From Naegleria gruberi (Eukaryota), in NCBI GenBank assembly GCA_000004985.1, contig GG738847.1: 64,000 nucleotides of DNA; one strand, written 5' to 3'. The notes under the pieces were generated by a model. That model saw only the letters and a list, made by a program, of their open reading frames with translations, made no database searches and was not told the origin of the DNA. Positions 32,643 through 43,294 of the stretch are shown here, piece by piece. Numbering within the stretch: the first letter of the stretch is position 1; every line of letters begins with the position of its first letter. The translations under genes and the position numbers were made by a program.

Positions 32643-33086
32643 TTACTGGCCATTTAAATTAAAATAGAGAGATAGTACGCAGTGAGTGAGGAAAAATTTG
32701 TACGCCCTAAGACACACCATCGGGATTGACAAAGAGTGCATGGACATACATTGTTATTCCAAGCTTGAGGAGCGCAAACATTCCATAATGGAATTTTTCA
32801 AACTTCCAAACAGTGGTTCACATTTTCAATGTTTCTCTTTTTGTTGAAGAGGAAAATTACTCTCCGTCCTCCTACTAATACTAATACAGCAACCTTCTTT
32901 AATTCTCTTCTTTCTCTAACTGCCATTGAATACAAAGTGTTGAGGGAGTAGATGCTTGTTCTTCAGTGGTGGCACTAGCTCTTGATGTGAAAGGGTTAGA
33001 CATTTTCTAGTATTACATAATACTTGTTTGGCCGTATATTGAAAACTCTTAATTTACTAGAAATTGGAAGTATTAAGGAAGTGAAT

Positions 33087-33204
33087 GGCTACGGCCATAT
33101 CACGATTCATGCACCTCATCCCGTCCGATTTGAGAAGTTAAGCATCGTCGAGCCACATCAGTACTGAGGTTGGAGACAACTTGGGAACCTGTGGTGCTGT
33201 AGTC
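33087..33204 (+). rRNA. 5S ribosomal RNA (copy 2) with a downstream T5 terminator
   Basis: Differs from copy 1 only at about 2 positions (gattcat versus gatgaat). Shares the upstream motif gtattaaggaag with the copy-1 locus. Confidence 0.9.
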
Positions 33205-33265
33205 TTTTTACAAAATTTGAAAAACAAGGTAAATTAATTTGGTAGTTTTGTATCTTATGTTTATT

Positions 33266-34510
33266 TTAAACTGAAAATCTCTTACTTTTAATCATAAAAA
33301 CCAATAATTGATACAATAGGAAATCGGAGAGTTCTTTTCTTGAAGGAACTTGATCAATAAAGGCAAGATTATTTTCACAATAATTTACAATGGGAAGTAA
33401 GCTAACATCCATCTTTTCAACTGATTTGATAGGTTTGGAATAATTGCCAAACAAGACATCTGTTTCTCTTTGATCAATTTCTTCGAATACATGACCATCA
33501 AAAACAAAACTCTTGAAATCTTTCAATGTTCTTTCCTTATTTAGGAAAGAGGAAGAATTATCGAGAGCTGTTGCTACCAAAACAGTTGGGACGCCTTTCT
33601 TCCATGAGTATTCATTCAACTCTGAGAATAAGTTTCGTGCAGGAGGTGAGGTAGTTATCTTGTCATGACTAGCACAATACAGAATAATGTTTGGTTTGGA
33701 AATTGGATTAGGATTTGAAATAAATACTTCATTGTTGTCCATACCACTTCTGACTTTTCCTTTAAAGATTCTTCCGAGAATTTTCTTTGCCGGTTCAATA
33801 TCTGATTTCAAAGGTTCTCTCAATTGATTCCAAAATCCAGGACAATCAATAATCTCAATTTCTACGTGCTTTCCATCAATTTCCTTTGAAAGCTTCAAAT
33901 TGAAAATTTGTGTAGTGACAGTTTGTTCAGATTTGTAACATTTAATCATTTCTCTCTTTCCTTCTGTCAAGACGAAACCCAAATTTTGTTCAAGTAAATC
34001 AACAATTGCTTTGAGGAGAGTTGACTTTCCTTCACCACAACCTCCACAAGTTAAAAATTTGAAAGTTTCTTCAACCTTTAGTAAATTTAGGAATGATTGC
34101 TGAAGGGTTTTAATTCTGGACGAAAGTGGAATATTCTTTTCGATTTCTAAGGAGTAAAGCTTGGTTTTGAATTCAACTCCTTGTTGATCCTTGATGGTCG
34201 CATAAATTTCTTCCTTAAATTTTGACTTGTCGTTGGAAGAAAGGAAGAGAATATTCGAATTGAAAGCTTCCAATATTTTCGTATTATTCTTGGTGAATAG
34301 TGCAACATGATAAGGAACCTGACCCAAGTTTCCTGAGAGATGAAACTCAACCATTGCAAGGGAATCATAAACTTTTGAAATGGATACGGACCATTCAGGT
34401 TTACGTTTGGTTTCTTCTTGTTTAGTTTGATTATCTGTTTGATAGGTTTTGTACATGTAACCAGCTGCAATAGATGCAACACTGAAAAGAGCAGGAAGAA
34501 GGTAATTCAT
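33266..34510 (-). CDS. P-loop GTPase of the paraseptin type (AIG1/GIMAP/IRG/septin-like) with an N-terminal membrane anchor
   Basis: G1 TCGGCGEGKSTLLKAI, G3 IDCPGFW (compare septin DTPGFG and IRG DLPGIG), G4-like TALD. Hydrophobic N-terminus MNYLLPALFSVASIAAGYMY. Confidence 0.55.
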   Translation of the reverse strand: MNYLLPALFSVASIAAGYMYKTYQTDNQTKQEETKRKPEWSVSISKVYDSLAMVEFHLSGNLGQVPYHVALFTKNNTKILEAFNSNILFLSSNDKSKFKEEIYATIKDQQGVEFKTKLYSLEIEKNIPLSSRIKTLQQSFLNLLKVEETFKFLTCGGCGEGKSTLLKAIVDLLEQNLGFVLTEGKREMIKCYKSEQTVTTQIFNLKLSKEIDGKHVEIEIIDCPGFWNQLREPLKSDIEPAKKILGRIFKGKVRSGMDNNEVFISNPNPISKPNIILYCASHDKITTSPPARNLFSELNEYSWKKGVPTVLVATALDNSSSFLNKERTLKDFKSFVFDGHVFEEIDQRETDVLFGNYSKPIKSVEKMDVSLLPIVNYCENNLAFIDQVPSRKELSDFLLYQLLVFMIKSKRFSV

Positions 34511-34749
34511 TTAGTTTTTTGTATTAGAGAAATTGATCAGTCCAACAACTTCGAATGATTTATTCGAAACGTGTGTAAATTTTTGATTCTCTTTGATCCA
34601 ACCAATAGAAATCGTCCTGCAACACTTTACAATGGAATTCCAAAGTCAGTTTTTGTAATTCTTGATCAAAAATGGTCTTTGATCAATAAATACCTTCATT
34701 TGTTTGCATCACGTTTTCCACAAACTATAGTTTAGTTTCTTTTAAAAAA

Positions 34750-35565
34750 ATGATCAAAACAATTCTTGCTACCATTGCAGCAATTTCAACTTCAATTGGT
34801 TTTGGAGTTTTGGCTACACAACCCACGAGACAAGATCCTTATGGGGAATCTGTTATTTCACAAAATTCGAATAATCCTTCGTCTATTGTTCAAACTAATC
34901 TAGATGCCGCTATCAAGTATGAAAATTTGCAGCGTGAAGTTGAAATTATCAATCAAAAAATTCAAGATTTAATGTCACAACTTTCCACTCAGGGAAAATT
35001 AATCGAAACTTTGAAAACTAAACTGGAAATGGTAGAATTGAAATGGGTAACTTCTATTGTGGAATTAACAAGGAAACAAGATGGAGTTATTTGGACTTGT
35101 TTGATTGCAGGAGGTGGATTATTAACAATTTTCCTTATTTACAAGTTTATTTTAAGGAAGAAGAAAGTTTTTTCAAAGTTATTCGAAACAAATTCATCTC
35201 CTCCTCAGAAAGTCCCAAATCCAAAACCTTCTACAATTCTGTACTATTACCTTGCAGAGAAGGAATTTTTTGATGTACATTTTCAAAAAATACTCTCCTC
35301 ACTCAATTCTCATTCGAATGTTAAATTTGAAAGAGTTTCCAATCAATCTCAAAGTCATTTCACAATTCTAAACTTTAGCAATAGACAGAGAATGGGTAAT
35401 AACGTTCCAGATTCCATCAATCAATACCTTTCCATTGGTGGGAATGTGAACAGCACTGAATGGGCTAATAATGAAGTGAGATTATTTAGTGATGAGAATG
35501 GAAATGTTGATTGGAATGAAGATGTCATTGAAACTCTTATTAAGCTGGGAAATAAATTAGATTAA
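34750..35565 (+). CDS. hypothetical type I membrane protein (signal peptide, coiled coil, one TM helix, Asn-rich tail)
   Basis: aaaaaaATG start, then MIKTILATIAAISTSIGFGVLA, a heptad region, TM helix VIWTCLIAGGGLLTIFLIYKFIL followed by RKKK. Confidence 0.55.
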   Translation: MIKTILATIAAISTSIGFGVLATQPTRQDPYGESVISQNSNNPSSIVQTNLDAAIKYENLQREVEIINQKIQDLMSQLSTQGKLIETLKTKLEMVELKWVTSIVELTRKQDGVIWTCLIAGGGLLTIFLIYKFILRKKKVFSKLFETNSSPPQKVPNPKPSTILYYYLAEKEFFDVHFQKILSSLNSHSNVKFERVSNQSQSHFTILNFSNRQRMGNNVPDSINQYLSIGGNVNSTEWANNEVRLFSDENGNVDWNEDVIETLIKLGNKLD

Positions 35566-35744
35566 ACTATATTCCTCCTGTTTTTCCAAGAAATTGTTGT
35601 CATAAAAAAAGGATTTGTTAATACTATCTACCAAATACCATGCCAATTAACAAGAGTTAAAGTGATATGCTGCATAAATTTTAAAATTAATTGGATTAAT
35701 ACACCAGTTCGTTATCATTCAAAGGCAAACTCTCTTTGAAACAA

Positions 35745-38489
35745 CTATTTGTATTCAAGTAAATTATTAAAAACCCATCTAACAATTATGTTTTTAACTG
35801 CAAGACTCTTAATTTCAAGTGGTTGTGCAAAGGCATGACTAATCTTTGCTTCTTTGTCACCATTAAAACTAATCAAAGCATCAATAATATTGTCCAAGTC
35901 ACGTCCTTTCAATTTGAGGTTTTGGGACTCTTCTTCATCCAATCCAACACCTTGCTCAGCATCTAATAATACCACTTTAACTTGCTCAGGGCTCCAACTT
36001 TTTGGCCTGCTTTTATCCAATAGATTATCTTGGATAATTAACATTCCACAAGCTCTTTGTAATGTTTTTGAGTTTGATGCTTGATTGGCATGCATTTGAG
36101 AGGATCCAATATTTGATGTCAAAGGAGTGTATGAAGATTCAATGCTTGAAAAAGAAGGTTTTTGGGGGAATCCAACATGATAACAAATCATTTTTCTATA
36201 CAGTTCTTCCTTTTTCTGGGTGTGGTCATGAAACAGAGTATACAAATCCTTGCTTAATAAATTCTCTAAGCCTTTTTTAGTTAACAATAGAACTTCGAAA
36301 CCTCCTTTTTTCAATTTCAACCAAGATTTTGTTCCAAATTTTGGCTTTGTGTAGCTTATTGTTTCATTCTCTAGATAGCATGTTCCTGTTATAAGAAGAG
36401 ATCCATAATTATTCGCATTTTTTTCTATAACTCGAAGTACGCTATCTGAATATCCCATAACTACCATTATTACTGTGAAGTGTAAATTTTCTCCATTCAA
36501 AGATGGCTTTTCTTCAACTGAATAGGTATTGGGTAAAAAAGCCGATGCTTGATTGATTTCTTCTTGCAACTTTGATAAAGAAAAATCCTTTTCATAGAGT
36601 TTCATTTCAAATAATAACAATTTTCTTAATACTTGTAATGGAGTTTTGTTCAGTGCTATCAATACATCAAATCCACTATTAATTTCTCCAGGAATAGCTG
36701 CACAAAATTGATTTTCACTCATAGCATCGTCTAACACTGAGGTGAATGATACGTAATTTGGATGTAGGTAATTACTAAACCCCATCTCTTGATCGTACTG
36801 TTGTTTTGTGCTAATTGGTGAAAATCCAGGGATTAAAATATTTTGTGTTAAAAAATTGGGAGGTAACTCTAAACTACTAAAAAATGTTTCTTTGAAAATC
36901 CCGCCACATAAATCCCCAAATACAGTAATTTCGTTCGTTTTTGTAAAAGAGAGAGTCAATATTTGTTCAGCTAATAAATCAATGACTGATAATTCCAACG
37001 CCTTTGAAGTGTGGAGTAAAATGGAATTATTTTGCAACAAATTATAGCGCACTCCACTTATTGATGTTTTGAATTTTGATAATTTCATTAAAATATCATC
37101 TTTTAGTAGCTTGGGTATATTAATCTTGACAGTCTTATCTTCCATGACTTGAAAATGCATTTTTAAATATGGAAGTATTTCAATAAAGTTTCTGTGCCTC
37201 TTATTAAAGTACAATTTCTAAAACTCATTAAACTGAAAACTAAAGAATTCTACACTTACTGTTTGAGATGGTATGGCAATACCAAAGGAATGGAGTAAAT
37301 ATAAATGAGCTACCAATTTGGCTTGTTCATCATTGCGCAGAGCAATCGTCACATCGTGTTGTTTTTGCTCAGATTTTTCAATAGCTTCACATATTTTCTC
37401 TTTTGATGATAAATTATTCAAGTTACGCAAAATGCTATTGAATGCATTTTCCATTATTCTTGGAGCAGTTCCAGTATATTCCACAAGAATATCTATGAAA
37501 TCATCAATATCATTTAAGCCTAACAATTGTAAAGCATCCAATAGTGTGATACACGAATTACCTTTTTGAACATGACTCTGTCTGAGCATGATTTCGACGA
37601 CCTGGTTTTCCATAGGTGACAGAAATACAAGACAGTAATCAGAAGGTGGACTTTTTTTAACATCTTGATTCTCTGTCAAAGCTAAGTGTACAGGAATATG
37701 ACCACTAAATATAACAGTGCTCTTATAGGGGATCAGAAGTGGCATTACTTCATTCCATAATTCTAGAAAGCGACTCAAATAAATATCACAACCTTCTTTA
37801 CATGTTGTCCATTTCGAGTCTTGCAATAGTTGCCCAAAATTATTCTGTAAAATTCCATCTACTTCATCAACAAGTACTAAATATCCTTCAGGTAAGGATG
37901 AATCAATATTTAAAGCTTCAAAAATAAGGTTAGCTCCATAATCGTTTTGGTTTGCAAAATCCAACATCTTTTGGTAAAAATCTTGTCTTTTCTGTAAAAG
38001 ATCTTGTGATCCATTTGGTTGGAATTTTGTTATAAATTGCTTGCAATATTCCTTAACCACGAAATCAGCAATTTTTTTGCTCATATCTGAAATACTTTCT
38101 TCCGAAGAGACTTTAAATAATCTAAAATCCAATTCAAATAGCTGTAAATCTTTCACCCATTCCGATTGTTGATCCCATTTTCCATATACCTCTCTAAATC
38201 TTCTGACCAAGGTTGTTTTACCAATACCAAAGGTTTGAAAAAGCGACACTAATTTAGCTTGGCTCAAGTTTTGTTGCTTCTTGTTTTGCACTAAAGTATT
38301 AACAATTCGTTCCGACTCATTTTCACGATTAACAAATTTAAGTTGTAATGCAGAGTTTTTGAGGTCTTCTTTTGTTATTAATACATGAGTCTGTGGAGAA
38401 GAGAAAGGTTTGGTGGTTTCGGGTTCTTGTTTTTGCTTTTTGTTTTTAGGACCATCACCTGCCATTACACATTTTGTGCATTTTTTCAT
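35745..38489 (-). CDS. STAND/AAA-type P-loop NTPase (about 913 aa), two exons (37260..38489, 35745..37217) separated by a 42-nt intron whose 3' TAG is the in-frame stop seen in the track
   Basis: The two track ORFs lie in the same frame, separated by one TAG. GTAAGT follows ..PSQT at 37259 and the 42-nt intron ends TTTTAG at 37218-37220. Walker A FQTFGIGKTTLVRRF. True ATG at 38489. Confidence 0.6.
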
Positions 38490-38559
38490 TATTGTTTGGC
38501 GAGAAGATCACCCGAAATCCCAAACAACAACTTTTATTTCTTGTTGGAATTCCAAGTAT

Positions 38560-39125
38560 TAAATCCACTTAGGGTTATTCACGAATTGAAAATGGAATGG
38601 AATAGAATGGAATGAAATTTTTCTAAAAAATTCTATCCAAATAATTCCGTGTCCAGAATTTTTTTTTAGAATTGGTTGTGAACGTTTATTACATTATTCA
38701 AACGTTGTAAACGTTTTAACGTTTTTTAAATGTTTAAAACGTTAAATATGTTTTTCTTGTAATAAGGAAACCATTATTGGAGGCCTCCAATAATCATCCC
38801 TATATTGTGATGATATAGTTGAGCTTGCTTAATGTCCTTAATATCTGTGTGGGCGGGAATCAAACTGATTTTCCATTTCTTTCAAATGTGTAAATACGTT
38901 TTCAACATTTAGAACGTTTCAAACGTTTTTAACGTGTTTAATCAGTTTAGTTTAATAAATTCTTTTCAAAAATTAAAAATAACCACCAACGAAATAATTG
39001 GAATTTTTTCACGGAATCATTCTGAATTATTCTAAAAAATTCTGAAAAATTCCGTCAATTCCATCAATTCCATCAATTCCGTCAATTCTTTCCAATTCGT
39101 GAATAACCCTAACTAGTAATTGATT
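38560..39125. mobile_element. 565-bp inverted-repeat element (MITE-like)
   Basis: Imperfect terminal inverted repeats of about 90 bp, each starting TTAGGGTTATTCACGAATTG and containing GGAAT/ATTCC satellite-like runs. Inside are two subterminal arrays of the palindromic hexamer AACGTT and a perfect 22-bp central palindrome, attattggagg|cctccaataat, at 38773..38794. No ORF. It sits between two diverging genes. Confidence 0.5.
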
Positions 39126-39364
39126 TGACATTTTTTTCTAAAGATTTTAGGTTCTTTTTACGTGGCCCATTTCCAGCCATACAAATGATCCTTTTTTCAA
39201 TTCAAGTTGAAAAATAAGTTGAAATTTACATGTTCATTTGAATTTATTGCTTTTATTTTGTCTAATATAGTGTAAATTTACTGTCCAACAGTGGAGTCCT
39301 TGTACAGGAAATTGTTGCCTTCCTTGCAAATGATGAAGATAAATCCAACATTGGTCAAATTCTC

Positions 39365-39817
39365 ATGATGAGATTAGTTTGCAAAGATTGGAACGAAACT
39401 TTTATTAATTCTCATGATTTCTGGTACAGTATGATGATTACCAATTTGGATAAGGGTATGAAAGCAAGAGGAATTGAAGAGAAGGTTGAAATTCTTTCAC
39501 ATCCCAATCGAAACAATACTCAGTTCATGTTAAATTGTATTCGAAACTGTTTTCTTGCTCAACAATCGATTGACTGTTTGAAATCAGTGGAAGCCGAACA
39601 ATCAATGTGTTATGAGCCTGCTATCCTTAACGAATCCAATGACGAATTAGTTTCCGAAATGATTCGCCAACTTTCACCTTACATCTTTATCCAGAAAACC
39701 TCTTTTGATTTCTTTTCTTATGATCAATCAGAATGTGAATATGATTTTATCATTCCAAATATTCAAGGAAATACCGAATTGACTGAACTATATTTTAAAG
39801 TTTATAGATGCGATTAA
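39365..39817 (+). CDS. F-box domain protein (5' end uncertain)
   Basis: The reading frame is open from about 39264 and encodes ..VLVQEIVAFLANDEDKSNIGQILMMRLVCKDWNETF, an F-box consensus (..LVCK.W). The first ATG lies inside the F-box, so there is either an upstream exon (acceptor ..tccaacag|TGG at about 39291) or a non-AUG or upstream start. Confidence 0.5.
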   Translation: MMRLVCKDWNETFINSHDFWYSMMITNLDKGMKARGIEEKVEILSHPNRNNTQFMLNCIRNCFLAQQSIDCLKSVEAEQSMCYEPAILNESNDELVSEMIRQLSPYIFIQKTSFDFFSYDQSECEYDFIIPNIQGNTELTELYFKVYRCD

Positions 39818-39943
39818 GGATGTGGTAATGGTTCACTACTAAGATCTATTGAAGTAGTTTTCCAAGAAGAAAAAGAAATTCTAAAAAATGAAGTTTGCTA
39901 CGAGTATGATGGCTCACGCTCAGAATACGTTGCAGATAAGGAG

Positions 39944-40126
39944 ATGATTAAGGTTGTTATGGAGAGAATTGGGTTGAGTGCAGAAATGATAAAATCTAAA
40001 GCTTGTTTCGATGAATTTATGATTGCATTGTATTATAAAGCAGTTGTGGGAGTAATTCCTATTGCTCTATGTGAAAGAGATATGTTTTATATTGATAGAA
40101 CAAGCAGAATAAAAGATATTATGTAA
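39944..40126 (+). CDS. possible small ORF (60 aa), or the 3' part of a frameshifted roughly 80-aa gene starting at the aaaaaATG at 39886
   Basis: ORF with hydrophobic/helical composition. An a-run ATG 58 nt upstream opens a 19-codon ORF in the +1 frame (MKFATSMMAHAQNTLQIRR). Confidence 0.25.
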   Translation: MIKVVMERIGLSAEMIKSKACFDEFMIALYYKAVVGVIPIALCERDMFYIDRTSRIKDIM

Positions 40127-40197
40127 ACGGCCAATGCAAAACGACAAAATTATTGACAAAAAAAATAAAATAAAAGGAATATGGTTATGAACCAGAT

Positions 40198-41556
40198 TTA
40201 TTGCTTCTTATTAGCCTTCATTCTTTCCCTTAATTTATTCTTAGAATCGGATGAATTCATTTGAGCTTTTTGTTGTTCCATTCTCAATTTCTCGTAATGT
40301 TTTACTGTCCAGTCACCTCCTTCAATTGAGTAAAAGTCCATTGGATAGATTGGTCTCCATTCAGTGGCTGTTAAAGCTACCTCAGCTTCATAGGCAGTCA
40401 GTAATGGTTTATCAAAGAAGTGACCCCAATCGATTGAGAGACGAGGACAAGCAATTTGAATCCAACACTCAACATCGTGGAATAGTTGAAGTTTGCTTGG
40501 GAAAATTTCACTCAAAAGGAGAGAAACATATGGAATATTCTTTTCGTTCAGTAATCGTTCAATAGTTTCAAGAATTTTTGGAGAACCTTGTCTACCCAAA
40601 GTTCCTAGAATTACACCAAACTTTTTGGCTTTCTTTGCCTTTTCAATGGCATCTTGTCTGATGGAAAATAATTGTGGATGATCATAGTGTTCCTCTGTGA
40701 ATTTCTTTCCATATGGATCATATTTGTAATATTTCAATTCTGGATTTTGAATCATGACACTTTCCAAATGGAATCTACCATCTCCCAAATAAACCATAGT
40801 TTCAATTTGATGATTTTTAGCTAAATCTTTTGGACTTGTGCAACCCAGAACTTCACCAGGTGACAATGGTTTAACTTGAGGAATAAATACAGGAGTTGTG
40901 AAATGTTTGTCCAATTCTGCCTTGGCAGTTCTTAAACTTGAAACAAATTGAATAGTTGCAACCATAGCCATTTTGGTTTCTTTTGGAAAGTTGTTAATCA
41001 TTGATTGAACAAAATAATTAATATCAATTTGAATATCCACAAAAACGTATAGAATATTCTTAATGCAACAATCACTGACAGGAACAAGACAACTGTGAGC
41101 ATAATGCACCATGAAATCAGCACCCAAAGCTCTAGCAGTAAGATCATCTATACAGCATGCTCCGTATGTGACATCTCCCATAATTACTGTACTTGTTTCT
41201 GGACAAAATCTTTCAATAATATCACTAATCACACAACTAAACAAGAGCAATCCTTCAGGAAATTGCAAAGCAACTCTCTTTGGTTTAATTTGTTGAATTC
41301 TATGAATAGTTTTATGAATTTCAAAATTATAATTTGTTGGAAGTGTTTCCTTGATGAGTCTATTCAATTCTTCGTTTTCTAAAATTGAAGCAGGAACACT
41401 TTGTTGTAATTTAATACTAGATGAAAGATTAACTCCTGCATATGGATTTGATTGTTGTTGTTGTTCAGGAGTTTGTCCAATATTGTTGTTATTGTTATTA
41501 CTATCTTCCGATGATGAAGAAGAAACGGCAACAAGACTTGTTTCTTGATTTTCCAT
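40198..41556 (-). CDS. DPH1: diphthamide biosynthesis protein 1 (DPH1)
   Basis: [35 protein letters not shown], typical of DPH1/DPH2 radical-SAM-like family members. Length and C-terminus fit DPH1. aaaaaaaATG start. PolyN/Q N-terminus. Confidence 0.85.
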   Translation of the reverse strand: MENQETSLVAVSSSSSEDSNNNNNNIGQTPEQQQQSNPYAGVNLSSSIKLQQSVPASILENEELNRLIKETLPTNYNFEIHKTIHRIQQIKPKRVALQFPEGLLLFSCVISDIIERFCPETSTVIMGDVTYGACCIDDLTARALGADFMVHYAHSCLVPVSDCCIKNILYVFVDIQIDINYFVQSMINNFPKETKMAMVATIQFVSSLRTAKAELDKHFTTPVFIPQVKPLSPGEVLGCTSPKDLAKNHQIETMVYLGDGRFHLESVMIQNPELKYYKYDPYGKKFTEEHYDHPQLFSIRQDAIEKAKKAKKFGVILGTLGRQGSPKILETIERLLNEKNIPYVSLLLSEIFPSKLQLFHDVECWIQIACPRLSIDWGHFFDKPLLTAYEAEVALTATEWRPIYPMDFYSIEGGDWTVKHYEKLRMEQQKAQMNSSDSKNKLRERMKANKKQ

Positions 41557-41757
41557 TTTTTTTTATTCGTTTCAAAATTTTTATTAATTTACAATTTTAA
41601 ATTATTATATACTAGTCATAATAATAATATTAAATTATTATCACTTCTTCATGGTTATTAATTTTTTAATTATAATTCTATATGGAGGACTTGATAGTTT
41701 TCTATTTTTCATTGTTATTATTTTAATAAAATTACTTGATGATTATTTACATATAAA

Positions 41758-42168
41758 TTAGACCTTTGGAATATCATTATATTCGGTTAGTTTAGAAATA
41801 CGATCGTTAAATTCATTGATTTTTTCTCTGTAGGATTTTTGAGCTCTTTCCTTGATGAGTTTCTTCTTTCTTTCCATCGATTTGGTTTCATATTTTTGTT
41901 CGGCTTCAGTCTTTTCCACTACAATTGCCTTTTGATTAGAGTTGTTATTATTTGTTTTATGTTGTTTGGTAATTCCGCCAATTGTTCCTGTTCTACCTTT
42001 TAATTTAAGTGGTCCTTTAATGACATTATCAAAGGAGAGGGAATATTTGTGTGCGTCATCATCGTGGTGGTGATGATCACTACCACTCTTCGGAGTAGTG
42101 GTTGCAGTTGTTGTTGTATTACTACTCGCTCTTTGATTGTTGTTTGATGAAGAAGTGTTTGGTTTCAT
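41758..42168 (-). CDS. FAM32A-like protein (OTAG-12/7h3 family)
   Basis: Conserved GPLKLKG motif and C-terminus ..ISKLTEYNDIPKV (compare human FAM32A ..TLTEHYDIPKVSWTK). Basic middle region. Confidence 0.75.
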   Translation of the reverse strand: MKPNTSSSNNNQRASSNTTTTATTTPKSGSDHHHHDDDAHKYSLSFDNVIKGPLKLKGRTGTIGGITKQHKTNNNNSNQKAIVVEKTEAEQKYETKSMERKKKLIKERAQKSYREKINEFNDRISKLTEYNDIPKV

Positions 42169-42334
42169 TTTTTTTAAACTATTTTTAGATCTTTAAAATA
42201 TTTAATATTATTGAACAAGAAGTAAAAACAACATTACAATGCAGTAAGTGAAATAGTTAAGGTTCAAGTTTTGCATTAGAATCTATTGAATCAATGTCAA
42301 AAGTCAATAGTTCACAAAAAACAATTCAAAAAAA

Positions 42335-43294
42335 ATGCAACTGTTATCTTCAGAAGTTCTCATCACAGTTTTTGATTTTCTGCTCGATATTTCCAATAAT
42401 TGCATAAATATTTATGATTGTGAAATTAGAAAAGTAATTTTTTCACTTCAATCAGTCAACTCTCAATTCAAGCAATTTTATGATGAAAATTATTGGTGGG
42501 AAGTATTGAAAACTCATCTATTGATGAGTCACTCTGTATTGTCAATGTCCGAGAAGGAGATTGTCATGAATATGAAAGAGAAATTGAAACAAAATCCATC
42601 TTTCCAATCATTTCGAAGATGTACTTTATTATTCGAAATGATGAGACGAAAGGGATTTGGTTTAAAAATGAATGATATGAATAATGAAAATGTATTATTT
42701 AATAAGATATTAATTATTGGAATGAAGGGTGTTGGAAAAACCAAATGCATATTAAATTACGTCTATTCTAATGCTTTCCCATATAATCACGAAATTGCAA
42801 TTGAGGATAGCTATAGGAAAATGTCACATTACATTGAAAAGTTTCCAGTGATTGTAGAATTATTCGAGTTAATTGAAATCAATCCAATTAGTGATTACAA
42901 TTTGAAATACGTTAACGAGTCTAACATTGTTATTGTAATGTGTGAATTATATTCTGAAGAATCAGTTCAGTATTTGGAGAGTACTTTATTTCCAGCTATG
43001 GAGGATAAAATAGCAAACCTTCCAACTTTAATTGTAATTAATGATAAGCTCAATAAGGAAAATCATACAAAAAAACGAATTAAGAAACAAAATATCAAAT
43101 CAATTCTAGAAAAGTTTAAAATTCATAATTATTCATTCATAGATATAAGTACAAGTAATTATTCAACGATTGTAAATTTATTTTCTCATTGTACTACTAT
43201 TTTTGCTTTTACATTCCAACAAAATATTGAACTTGTAGAAGTAATTTTAAAAAAGGATAAGAAATTACTCTCCAAAAATTGTGTAATCAATTAA
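42335..43294 (+). CDS. F-box-like N-terminus fused to a Ras-superfamily GTPase-like domain with degenerate catalytic motifs
   Basis: N-terminus LLSSEVLITVFDFL (F-box-like). P-loop ILIIGMKGVGKTKCIL. No DTAGQE: the G3 position reads VELFELIE. G4 is weak (INDKLNK). Confidence 0.6.
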   Translation: MQLLSSEVLITVFDFLLDISNNCINIYDCEIRKVIFSLQSVNSQFKQFYDENYWWEVLKTHLLMSHSVLSMSEKEIVMNMKEKLKQNPSFQSFRRCTLLFEMMRRKGFGLKMNDMNNENVLFNKILIIGMKGVGKTKCILNYVYSNAFPYNHEIAIEDSYRKMSHYIEKFPVIVELFELIEINPISDYNLKYVNESNIVIVMCELYSEESVQYLESTLFPAMEDKIANLPTLIVINDKLNKENHTKKRIKKQNIKSILEKFKIHNYSFIDISTSNYSTIVNLFSHCTTIFAFTFQQNIELVEVILKKDKKLLSKNCVIN

